Positions 50,434 through 64,000 of a stretch of 64,000 nt of DNA are shown here, piece after piece. The notes under the pieces were generated by a model that did no database searches, had not been told where the DNA came from, and saw nothing but the letters and a program-made list of their open reading frames with translations. Origin of the DNA: Monosiga brevicollis MX1 (Eukaryota). The number at the start of each line of letters is the position of its first letter. Positions within the stretch are counted from its first letter, which is position 1. Where the stretch lies: contig NW_001865048.1 in the NCBI RefSeq assembly GCF_000002865.3, forward strand, positions 397,757-461,756, given 5' to 3'. The position numbers were made by a program, and so were the translations under genes.

Positions 50434-53400
50434 ATCCCAGGCCCTGTGGCTGGCGCCGCTTCCCGTGCGCCTACCCAGCGCACAGCCAGTACCGGCAGCG
50501 GCCGCCCTCCACTACCCAAGCCCAATCGGCCAGTCCGCCCAACCCCCGCGACCTCCAACCTACCCCCTCCCAAAGCCAGACCCGGTACAGTCGCTGGCAA
50601 GGCACACGTACCCACGTCTCGTTCTAAGAAGGGACTCACTTGCCCCTGCTCCCTGCTTTTTGTTTTATGGTTCAAATCATTTGCGCGACACTTCTGGCGT
50701 ACTGCGCACCCTCAGCCAAGCCTCCGCCAGCACGCCCCCCGCCAGCATCCGCAGGGTCACCGCCAGCAGATCCCCAGCCATCAGTGGTCGTTGAGGAGCC
50801 GGAGCCGCAAGCTGGGCTGCAAGCACAGCCCCCCGTACCATCCACCACCTCCCTGCCTGAAGCCTCCCCTGCACCTGTCGCGAAGGAAGCACCCGCGACG
50901 CTAGAGACAAAACCAAGCGATGACACCCAGAAAGCAACGCCTCGCCTCCCCCTTCCCCGGCCCAAAACGCGGCCCATGTCCATGGCAGAAGGCCAGCCCA
51001 TGCGACCCACCCGTGCTCCGTCCTTCTCCAGCAAGGAAAAGCCAGCCATCGCTGCCAAGCCCAAGCCCAAGGCTACTACCGCGCTTCCTCCGCCGCCCGA
51101 TTCTTCTACTTCCCCTGCAGCACAGCACGAAGATTTGCAACCAGCCCCGGTCAACCCTTCGTCAAAGTCCATGCCTGCTAGTGAAGATCTGTCGCAATCA
51201 GAGTCTATGGCAACGCCTGACAACACGAAGAAACCTACGTCCGACAACACGAACCAGTCAACACCCTCGAAACAGAGATCACCACCACCCCCACGCCCGG
51301 CGCCTGCAAAACAACAAAGTACAGAGGTTGCACTGCAGTCAGCGTGCGATGGTGATTCAACGTCTGTCACAGCTCGCCCCAAGGCGCAATCGACCTCTGG
51401 AAAGAAGCCCCCGCCGCCCCGGCCAGCAGCAGCGGCTCCAGAACCTACCCAGGCCTCCGCGATACACCAGCATCCGCCCCCTCCGGCCAAGCCGGCGCCG
51501 CACGCACCCAGCCCGGCACAAACGTCCACAAATGCCAACCCAGCAGCAGCGGACGCACCGGAGCCAACAGAACCCTCACACGGTCATGCGCCACCACCAG
51601 CCAAAGCTGCGCCAAAACTGAAGGATGCACCGTCTGATGAACATCCTGCGCCTACGGATGCAACACGATCGACCGATGAGACACCGCCTGCCGATGCAAG
51701 TACCACACCTCCAAGTTCTGGGCACGCCCCAGCCCCCGCCCGGCCGCCACATCCACAGCGCTCTGGCAGCATCAAACCACTGCGCCCTCCCCCGGCACGA
51801 CCGGCCCATCCTGCGCCCACCCCAAAGTCGATCCACGCTCAGCCGCAATCCAAGGATAAGGCGAGTGTCCGAACAAGTAGTGTCAAAACCAAGGCTAAAG
51901 CTCCGCTCCGACCCAGTCCAGCCGCAGCACCACCCAAGCCCGCAGCACCAGCTCGGCCAGCTGCGCCGGCACAGCCTCCTGAACTCCCCCCACGACCTGG
52001 GCCAGGCCATGTTCTGTACTCCTACATGGTGACCGGTCCCCGGGTGAGTTATTCCTTTGCTGGTGCTGTAAAACATTGCACGTCGCGTGGTGTCGCTTTT
52101 CTGCGGTATTACAAGTCTCATGAAAGCGCCTTGCTGCTTGGCAATGACAATGGCAATGGCCGACCGCCCGCATGTCTCTGCGTGGCTTGAGTGTAGGCAG
52201 TAGCCATGTTTGCTTGGGCAGGGGAGTCAGATGCAGATCTTTCACTGAAGCCAGGCGACCTCATCTCCCTCACACGATGGGTCAACCCTGAATGGCTCGA
52301 AGGCACGATCGATACTCGACAAGGTCAGTATCGGTTGTAAACAAAGGACCTCAGCGCCTGGATCATGCGGGGTTGTCCTTCATTTTTGAGCCTCACTCTG
52401 GCTACGCTTCGGATAGGCATATTCCCAGCCATGTTTGTGGATGTTCAAGAGCCGTTGCTCGTTGAAGGGCCCCGCGCCATGGCTTTGTACGATTTTCAGG
52501 CCGCAACTGACTGGGAGCTGTCTATTGGCGCCGGCGAAGAGCTGTCTCTCCTCGGTTATATCAGCGACGAATGGTCTGTCTTTCAACACACACCCGTCGA
52601 GAACCCCTAGCTTCCTGCCTCTTTTTTCTTTCCTTCACCCCTCTCCCCCTCTTCACTGTCTTGCCTTGTTGGACTGGGTCCCGAATGCCTGCCATTTTCT
52701 GCGTCTATGCTGCGAGCTTTTTGCTGAAAAAGGCGGCTCACTTTGGTTTCTTGTGTCTGCAACTGCGTGCCCAGGATTCGTGGCTTGTATCGAGGCGCGG
52801 AAGGAGCTATCCCGAGCTCTTACGTTGAGGTATGCTTTTACTCTTGTGTGTTTGCAAGCACCACGACCATCCCATAGCGTACGGGGTCCTTATACGCAAT
52901 TGCTTGTGGTTGATGTGATCAGGTGATTGAGGATCTCCCTGGCAACAGGATATACGAGGGCTGGCCAGAGGGCTGGCAGGCTGAAGCTACTCTTGTTCGT
53001 GACCCCAAAGCTGAACTGGAAGCCGAGGAGGTTATGGCTCAGGCTTTTGAGGATGCATATGGCGCGGACGTGGCCTTGAACAATACTGAGCCCGACGAAG
53101 AGGGTGAGATAAACTCAAGTGCCAACGCTCAGGCTGAGCTCCTGCGGAAAGGACTGCCCGAGGACGGTGCTGACCTGCCTGTTGATGAGTCTGGTCCCAC
53201 CCCTGACGTCGTCCAGATTGCGAGTAAAGGAGACACGGGCTCATCGTCTCTGGGTTCAACCGAGGTCGAGCCGTTTCTGCACCCACACAGCATTGAAGCA
53301 GGCCCGCCCGTGGTGGTGGCCTTGTACGACTTTGTAGCCGAGGGTCCCGATGATTTGGCTTTTTTTGCTGGCCAAGAGGTGTGTGCATAGTTTGGCATTT

Positions 53401-54216
53401 GTGCTCACATGGCGGCATGATGGAGGCGGAACTGGGTGTCGCCTTCCTTCTCACTGCTCTGTCCGGGTGCAACATGTTGTCATTTCCTCGGTCTAGCTAA
53501 CCGTGTTGGAGGACATTGATCACGAATGGTATCGTGGGTCCCTGGGCCCCTTTCAGGGCATCTTTCCGAAAGCCTTTGTGCAACCCCTCGATTCGTCAAC
53601 ACCCAGTGAAGGGTTGTCTCAGACAAGCGTCATGCCAGAACCCAGTGCATCGTTGGAGGTGGTGAAACCCGAGATTGCAAATGCCGCGCCCGAGGAAAGC
53701 ACGGCTTCACCAGCAGGTGCTGCAGAAGCAGACGCCACGCCTGGGCTCGAGACAGATGCCAGTGCCGATCACGGAGATGCTGGTGCAGGTGGCAGCTACC
53801 CCTGCGAGGCGAAGGTCCTTTATGATTACGATTCGCCAGAGCTGGAAGACCTTTCGGTTGAGGCAGGCGAAACCATTACTGTTCTAGAGCGCATCAACGC
53901 AGAGTGGCTGCTGGCGGCTAAACGCAGTGGCCTACAAGGGCAGTTGCCAGCAGCCTTTGTTGAAATGGAATCTCAAATGCGATCAGATGCAGACCAGGAT
54001 GGCGTGTCCACCTCTGGACCCGAGGGCGCTGGGGTTGGGTTACGCCTGGTGGTGCTCTATGACTTTTCAGCAGAGAACGAGGACGATCTTGGTGCAATGG
54101 CCGGCGACGAGGTGGACGTGATTGAGGTTGTCAACGAAGACTGGCTGCGAGCTCGACACCATGCTGAAGGTCGCGAAGGCCTGATCCCCAGGGCCAACGT
54201 AGAGTCTTTTGCATAA
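50434..54216 (+). CDS. Proline-rich adaptor with five SH3 domains, SH3D19/Eve-1-like (multi-exon; start codon unresolved, probably slightly upstream)
   Basis: Long PxxP-rich region ending PPELPPRPGPGHVLYSYM, then five SH3 domains: AMFAW...PEWLEG...GIFP; ALYDFQA; ALYDFVA...EWYRG...GIFPKAFV; VLYDYDS; VLYDFSA...GLIPRANV. Confidence 0.88.
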
Positions 54217-54534
54217 GCTCGCCGTTGACATTCCAATGGCCCAATCTCATAATTATTATAACCAGCGTTAACCTTGATTGCCAGTCTGCCAGTCGGTTGT
54301 ACGCAAACATAATAGTGGACCAGACTGAACCGACGATGGCAATCCATCTCAACCACTTGCCCTCTTGACCAGTACCACTTGGCAGCCGAATGCCTGCAAC
54401 GCAACGCCACTCCTCCCATTCTAACACCTTTCGCTTCCATTCAACAAACTCCTCATCTCAAAATAAATTTTTACATTCGGCTGTCAAAAAAAAAAAACTC
54501 TTTTCGTGCTGTTGCTGATGAAAGCGACAACCCA

Positions 54535-54684
<150 letters not shown>

Positions 54685-54736
54685 TCGCTCATTTCCAAGT
54701 CGAGGTCATTGGCAGCGGGAAGAGACGACGTGTAGC

Positions 54737-56891
54737 ATGGCCGGCGTGCCAAGCCTGGGCGCATTGCCCCAGACGCAGTTTACGCTGCATCAGCTCTTTG
54801 AGCAGGCGCAGTTGGAGGCATGTATGAAGTTGAGCGATGACTCGGTTGAGCTAGCTCAGCGGATTGCCGCGGCCGAGGCCGACAAGCATGCTGATGGCAT
54901 GGGCGTGCTGCAGGTGCAGGTGGAGGATGCCACGGACAAGGCGGGCAACTTGTTTCCCCCGGTCGATCAAGCGCGTAGTTTTATGGTCCCCGATTGGCCT
55001 TGCCAGATGGTTCCCGCGTGTGCAACTGCGGAAGCCATGGTCGAGGCTCTTGACGCTGGTGTGCCCTTTTTAGCTACCGCTCCCGAGTTTACCGAGCAGT
55101 TTGCAGATATACCAGACGGCCTGGCTTACATGCAGCGTGTGCGCGGACATGATTTTCGACAGCCCCGCATTGCTTTTCGTGGTGGCTGGGGCCGCCCAGC
55201 CTCGAGCATGCTCGACCACACCATGCTCAAGATGGTCAACTCCGTCCAGGACATTATGGATGAACAGGAGCTGGCCCTCAACATTCAAATCTTCCACCGA
55301 CCTGAAGATGGCTTGCCCGTCCTGCCCGCGCGCTTGAACTGGCCACTGCCGGACATGTTTGGAGGCGCTACCAGTCAAGCTGAAGTATGTCACTGCTTCC
55401 GTGTCATCTCATGTGGAATGGCCGCGGCTCACGCTTCTTTCTTTTTTTTTTTTTTTTTTCTGTTGACATGGCGTCTCACATGCTGGCGCTGGTGTTGATG
55501 GCGGTGCCTAACATGCGCTAGACGGTGCAACTGGATGCGCCAATCGCTGGGCCGGGGCTTCACAACAAGGCTGATGAAGCTCTGAGTGGCCGTGACGAAG
55601 TACAGCAAAGTGGCTCTGGTGTCATTCTTGATAACGCAACGCGCATTTCTCGCCGTGGTGCCGTCACTTGGTGGCACCTGGACGATTGTGGTGAATACGT
55701 GTATCAGGTATGACCATGACGGCCCGCAGCTAGAGCCGTTTATTCACACCAGGATTAGACAGCGCTCATCGCAGCATATCAATTGAACAGGCGGCCTTGC
55801 CTCTTCAGGCCCAGCCTGTCCTGCTCGGGCCCAACGGCCTCCCCATCACCAAGCTTTTTGTCTACGCACCCGTCGAGGCTTATGAACTCATTACGCAGGT
55901 ATGTGACTCTGTTTGCCAATCGCAGCTGTCACCCCGCCCCTGCACATTCTTTGGCCATCCTCATCATGACAATGGTCGCCGTGCCCGCCCTGGCCCCTCC
56001 AATACTTGCGCACGTCGCTATTTCCTTTTTGTGCAGGATCAGCGCAAGGGAAGCGAGGAAGACAGCATGGTGGCGGCGGTTGACCCCTTCCGCTGCCCCT
56101 CCCATTGGCTACCAAAAGATCGATCGGGTCAGCCCGTGTTGCCGACATTCTACATCGCAGCGCTGGAAGCGGGTGGACCACCGCTGATGAGTGCGCCCAA
56201 CATGCCTCACATGGTCATTACGATTCAAGACTGCGTCATGGTCGAACAAAGGCGCTTGAGCTTGATGTGCATGGATGAGGTGGCGTACTTTGCCGAGCGT
56301 GTGCGTCGCTGGCGGGACCCCCCCGTCCTCTACAAGGCCTTTTCTCAAGGCATGTCTGATGCCGTGTACGTTGGACAGCGCATCATCATGCCACTCTTGC
56401 GCCGCCTACGTGCGGCCGTGATGGCCGGTTTAGATACTTTGTCCCCCAGTGAACGCCTGTTTGCCCAGCGAGCCTATCTGAGTTTGCAAGCTTTGGTCAA
56501 GTACCGGCGCAACTTTGCCATTGCCCCCGAGCTCCTGCGCTCACTGAAGCAGCATCTAACCGATGCTGCAGCTGCAGCCCCTACGCTGGCGCAGCAAGAT
56601 GGGCGTGGTCAACACCTGGAGGCTGCGCAACAGAACATGCGCCAAGCCGCGAGTGGTGTGACGTGTCTACCCAATGGCCAGTTTGTGGCGTACATTCACG
56701 TGGCTGCCCGACCCCGGTGGGGCACCGTGCGCGATAATCTGGGCCGGGCCAAGGTGGATCAAAAGCTGCTTCAAGACGCTGTCAAGGCTGGTAATCTTGA
56801 AGCGTTGTTGCTGCAAATGGCCAGTGGAGAAGATTTGGGCGCGGCCGATGCAGCTGCAGCCGAGGCAGAGGAGGACGACCTCTTTGATTGA
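54737..56891 (+). CDS. JmjC-like (Fe/2-oxoglutarate cupin) protein (multi-exon)
   Basis: NATRISRRGAVTWWHLDD (HxD), TKLFVYAP (Lys position), LEAGGPPLMSAPNMPHMVITIQDCVMV (distal His). Order matches JmjC domains. Confidence 0.72.
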
Positions 56892-57302
56892 TCATCCTCT
56901 ATGCACCCGTGTTGGATTGCTTAAGGAGGCTTTCGGCACATCTGTGCATTTACCACTCCACCTACGCCACGCTTCGGGCCTGCAACCGCCTGTCTCTCCC
57001 GATAGCAAGCCCCTGCGGGGCGACATCTTGTGACACCTTTCCAAAACATAAACTCGGCTGAAAATCAACATGAACCGATTTGCCACCGGGGCATTGGTAT
57101 TCCTGATCAACTCGGGCGACAGCGCATTCAACTAATGGGGACACACGTACATGGGCAACAAACTTTACTTTACATGCAAACATGGCAAGACAGCTTTGAA
57201 GAAGGGCCGGAGCGGCCCAGACGAAAATCGGTTGCTTGGCCAATGGGAAAGTTGAGGGTTGCTGATGGTGCCTCCAAAACAAATGCCATAGCATCCGAGC
57301 AG

Positions 57303-58809
57303 CTACTGCGACTTTTCACTTTGACTATCGCTTGAAGTAGAAGAGCCCCCCTGCGCCTTCTTGCGCTCCTCCTCGAACCAAGCTTTGACCTCCCAAAAGC
57401 AGTTGATCAACACCATCACGTCGCGCAGCGAGAGAAGGAGTCGAAGACTGCTGATGTGCCATCCCAAGGCCCAGTCTAGAGGTAGTGACAGCAGCACCAA
57501 TGTGTGCGTAATACACTATTTGTAACACGTTGGGCAAGCGAGCATATCCCGATGAGGTGCTTGTGCAAGGCTGACACAGCGCTTTCGAGAATCACACGTA
57601 AGAGTAGAAAGGTGTGGGAGGTGCAATCGCGAGACGGTTGCACGATGCGAGCATACCGCAGCGCCCTTGGAAAGTAAGGAACGTAGGTTTGCCGAGTCAT
57701 CATGGGAGGAGAAGAAGGCAGCCACGAATGCCACCTCCACTTGCACGCCAATCAGGGCGGCCACAAGGTTGAGGGTGTGCCGCAAGAAGCTGGACAGTGT
57801 GAAATGCAAGCCATAGGCATCCAGCTCGGCATGAAGCACGGCCGAGTGTGGAAGCAGTAGCCACATAATGCGGTATTTCCAGGGCATGCTCAGCATGCTC
57901 CGTCCACAAAGGCCATTGAAAATGGCTGAGAGGCGTGGGACGAAGAGTTGCAGGCCATCCACAAAGGAAAGGCCATCTGGACACGCCTCGGGGAACAACT
58001 GGCATGGGTGCAAGAGCACATCCTCGGAGCTTTGATACGGATCTTGAGAAGCCAGGCGGTCGCTTTCCTCAATGGCGAGTTTAACCTGAGTATGGGCGGA
58101 GCAGACTTGAGCAATTGGCACAGCTTTGCAGTTGACAAGCGCGACATCGTGACGTACTTGCAGAATAAGACGCTTGGCTTGAAGGGGTGTCAGGCTTAGA
58201 AGCTCGGCCACCGCTGCATCCTCTGTCAAGGTCTGTCAGGCCAAATGCGTTACAGCGACGGGAAGGGTAGAGTGGGGCACACACAGGCAGGTGAGCCGTG
58301 GAGTGCTGACGCCCAAAAGAAGTGGGCGAGCAGAAGCAGCAATCGTAGCGACAGCCAACTACTGCTGGGCCTGGTGTCGGTGGTCGTCGGGGCAATGATG
58401 ACAGTCTTGGCGGGTCGGCGGGCGCGAGGCGCTGATGAGCACTGACCTCGAGGAGCGCCCCATCAAGGTGGGTGCGCGCAGCCGCAGGCACAGCATCAGC
58501 AAATTCCTTGGCCAGCAACCAGTGTTGCACCTGGCATTGGTGAGGCCAATGCCACAACCGTGTCCCAAGAGGTGAGGTCTAACACATCAACCTGCCGGCT
58601 TGCTCCTCAAACCGGCTGAACCTGCTCAAACAAGGACGGGGCCGCAGCGTACGTACGTCCACCGGAGCCCATGTGCGAAAATGGCGATGATAATCAACAA
58701 AGTAAGTCGCACACACTTGGTGCGAGATGGCCAGTACCAAAACCAAGACGACGCCCAGACCCATGCACGCTGCGAGTCGTGGCCTGCCCAAGCCCCCCGC
58801 CACCCTCAT
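57303..58809 (-). CDS. Hypothetical membrane or secretory protein (multi-exon)
   Basis: N-terminal hydrophobic segment MGLGVVLVLVLAISHQVCA, a coding-like 237-aa ORF (57516-58229) and hydrophobic C-terminal segments. No family recognised; the exon model is approximate. Confidence 0.55.
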
Positions 58810-59308
58810 CGTGACTTTCTCCCGCTCACTCTCGCTCTCACACACACATGCACACGCTCTCTCTCTCTCTCTCTCAAAGCCTCTCTCTATTCTTCGTAAA
58901 TCAGCAAATGTGTAAGCTGGAATTGCACAAATGTCCATTTCTGACATTCGGCGATTCCGGTATCGTTGGAAAGAGGAGAAAGAGGGCTTTCCGGTGCCTT
59001 TGAGACGGTGGACGAAGCTGCCCTGTGGGCCGAGCTAGCCTCACACCACCGCGTCCGTAAGGATTTTGCCAGGGTTCCGATGGAGAGTTTTTGACTGAGT
59101 TTCTCAGCAATGGCACGAACCAGCCCATTTGAGGTCACTATAACCCGGCGACCGTTGTGAGATTTTGACAGAGGCTGCATGAGACGAGACACTACACAAC
59201 ACCCCCGTGGCTCAAAAGCGACAAAATCGAAACTCGAGCTTACACAAATGCTTTTGTTTCGCTTTATTGGCTCGACGAATTCATTCCTCTTCTTTCTCCC
59301 TCAAACTC

Positions 59309-59473
<165 letters not shown>

Positions 59474-59685
59474 GCCTTGATCCCTCTGGTGCGCTATCTA
59501 TCTAACTGTAAGTATTTCTGTCTCTATCTATGTTTCTCTCTATCAATCTCATCCATCTATCCCAAGCCACTACGAGCAGTTGTTTGGAGAGTGCTTCTTT
59601 TGATAGGATTCGACTGACTCATGAGATAGAACGAATGCGATACAACAAGGAATGGCGGCTGTACACCCGACGCTTTGCACATGAC

Positions 59686-62017
<2,332 letters not shown>

Positions 62018-62344
62018 GCTTGCCCGGTTACACTTGCAAATCTACACCCAGGGACCAGGGAAGGAAAATGAGATGAAGCCTCCTTGCCGTGCCGTGCCGT
62101 GTGTGTGTGTGCCGTGTGTGTGTGTGTGTGTTTGGCATTCCATTCTTGTGTTGCAGAGAACCACACACACATAACAACATAGAGCTAACTGACTGGTAAA
62201 CTGTGTTGTCGCTTACACTTCCACGTAACGACATTCTTTTCATTCTGTCTGACATTTGTGGAGGCAATCATCGTCATGGGACTTGAACAACTATTTTACT
62301 TTTTGTATTGTTGTGGTCGTTGACTGCTTTCGTCGACTGGAATC

Positions 62345-62645
62345 ATGCTGACCGTCTGTCAGCGGAGCGTTGTGGCGGCGGCTGTTGCTCAGCGGAGTGC
62401 GCTGCGGGTGCGGGTACGGCCTCGTTCCACTGTGTCTGCCTGGCTAGCTGCCTGCCTGGCTGGCTGGTTGGCTGGCTCCCATGCCAGGTCCCATGACATG
62501 TGTGTGTGTGCTTGATTGAGAGTGAAGGCATGGCACTCACCCTCACGCTTGTGGTTTTGGCAAACCACTTGTTATGTTGCGCACCCCAGAACTTGACGCG
62601 TGTCGTCATTGGCACCGCGGACCGCCTGCAAGACCTTGGGCTCAG

Positions 62646-62679
<34 letters not shown>

Positions 62680-62769
62680 CCTGGCAAACCACTTGTTATG
62701 TTTCGCACCCCAGAACTTGACGCGTGTCGTCATTGGCACCGCGGACCGCCTGCAAGACCTTGGGCTCAG

Positions 62770-62843
<74 letters not shown>

Positions 62844-64000
62844 CCCGAGGGCGCGGAGGTGGTTGTGCTCCTCATGTTGCTTCACCACCGCGCAGTGATG
62901 TGCAGCTGCAGGACTTGGAAGCACAAAAGGTGCTCATCGACTATCAACCCGATGGCCAGCGCCGCATTGTGGCCCGTGTCGACCTTGCCACTGACGGTGA
63001 GCCCCTTAGGCCCTCCCACCAAACCAAGCCCCCCCGCCCCCCCGTAACGCTTGCTTGTGCAGCTACTATCAAGCGCATTGTTTTCATACGCAACGCATGC
63101 TTGCACCACCGTAGACGAGAACTCGACCGATACAACATCACCACAGGCCCAGAGTGATTTGCGCCGGGCCTACGTCGGCGCCGCCGTCAAGGCCAGCAGT
63201 ACGCTCAAGTCCCTCAAGGAAGCCGATGCCAACATTGACGTGCGCACTGCCAGTAAGACCAATGTCTCTCACCCACGCAGCGACACCTGAACTTGGGGTC
63301 CCTTGACACCCCTGCTGCTGTCGGGACGCCTGGCCCATCGCGCCCACTCACTACATTTGGCCTTTGTGATGCCCACCCGCAGCCGAAACTGCCAGTGCTG
63401 TCGGAGCCAGCGTACTGCGTGCCCTTCACACTTCCAACTATGCCTTTGAGCGCTACCTGACCAGTGACAAGGCCAAGAAGACGCTACTCAACACCGTATC
63501 TGTCTCTGTCAACGATCAACCTCTCACTGACGCCCGCATCGAGGTACCATGGAGCCCATAGAGTTCTCGCGCACCAATTGGCCCCTCATCCCCTCTCCCC
63601 ACGACCCTTGCCACCAGATGCAATTTGCGCGTTGTTGACGTTCTCATCTCATCCTTCCGCCGCCACCTAGGCTGGCGCAGCCGGCGCACAATGGACGCGA
63701 GATTTGGTCAACGAACGTGCCGATGAAATGACGCCCAAGGCTTTGTATGAGGCTGCTGAGGCTCTTGCCAAAACCCACCCAGCCTTTAGCTGTGAGGCCA
63801 TTGCAGGCTTGGATGATCTACATGCCGCCAACCTCAACATGCTGGCAGCCGTTGGCCAAGCCAGTCGCTTCCCTCCCCATCTGGTGACGCTCAAATTTAA
63901 TAATGGTCCAGCTGAGGAAAAGCCGGTCCTCCTTGTGGGCAAGGGCATTACCTTTGACACCGGAGGCCTGAACCTCAAACCCACTGGCTTTATCGAAGAC
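62345..64000 (+). CDS. M17 family leucyl (cytosol) aminopeptidase; 3'-truncated by the window edge
   Basis: WTRDLVNERADEMTP, NLNMLAAVGQAS, PPHLVTL, LVGKGITFDTGGLNLKP. Putative exon 1 (62345-62413, MLTVCQRSVVAAAVAQRSALRVR) splices in phase to NLTRVVIG. Confidence 0.92.
62558..62845 (+). repeat. Tandem duplication of acceptor, 56-nt exon, donor and (CA)n
   Basis: tggcaaaccacttgttatgtt(g/t)cgcaccccag-[56 nt]-gtac(ac)n-atgtcc occurs at about 62558-62681 and 62682-62845, with one substitution and different CA lengths. Confidence 0.95.

Noticed and set aside
50672..52121. Minus-strand Gly/Ala-rich ORFs
   Set aside because: Antisense shadows of the Pro-rich exon of the SH3 adaptor.
62558..62845. 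CRISPR-like or transposon-terminal interpretation of the direct repeat
   Set aside because: There are only two copies, no unique spacers and no cas or transposase gene. The unit is a spliceosomal exon with its flanks.

Overview
This window is compact, intron-rich eukaryotic genomic DNA, GC-rich in coding regions, with many CA/CT/GA microsatellites and two N gaps. Gene content and architecture suggest a flagellated unicellular holozoan, most like a choanoflagellate such as Monosiga; this is inference, not a database hit. About 21 protein-coding genes can be reconstructed across GT-AG introns. Recognisable genes: a second-type (LIG6/Adl1-like) ATP-dependent DNA ligase cut by the left edge, FBPase, SAR1, SPATA17-like and DLEC1/CFAP81-like ciliary genes, a Gfo/Idh/MocA oxidoreductase, PCMT, RHBDD1, TM9SF3, importin alpha, CCDC43-like, a five-SH3 SH3D19-like adaptor, GMDS, and an M17 leucyl aminopeptidase cut by the right edge. 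Poorly characterised genes: a secreted Cys-module/Thr-rich mucin-like protein, an intronless secreted protein resembling bacterial DUF3626, a class I SAM methyltransferase, a secreted EGF plus glycosidase-like propeller, a PQQ-repeat propeller, a JmjC-like protein and an orphan membrane protein. No rRNA, tRNA, CRISPR or transposon was recognised. Best novelty leads: (1) the secreted DUF3626-like, possibly ADP-ribosyltransferase-fold protein; (2) the ligase carrying UBZ4, UBA-like and PIP-box modules; (3) a JmjC protein with a possible AP2-like tail; (4) a duplicated, frame-incompatible exon in the aminopeptidase. All family calls come from motif recognition by eye and need HMM confirmation. 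Multi-exon CDS coordinates are outer spans.
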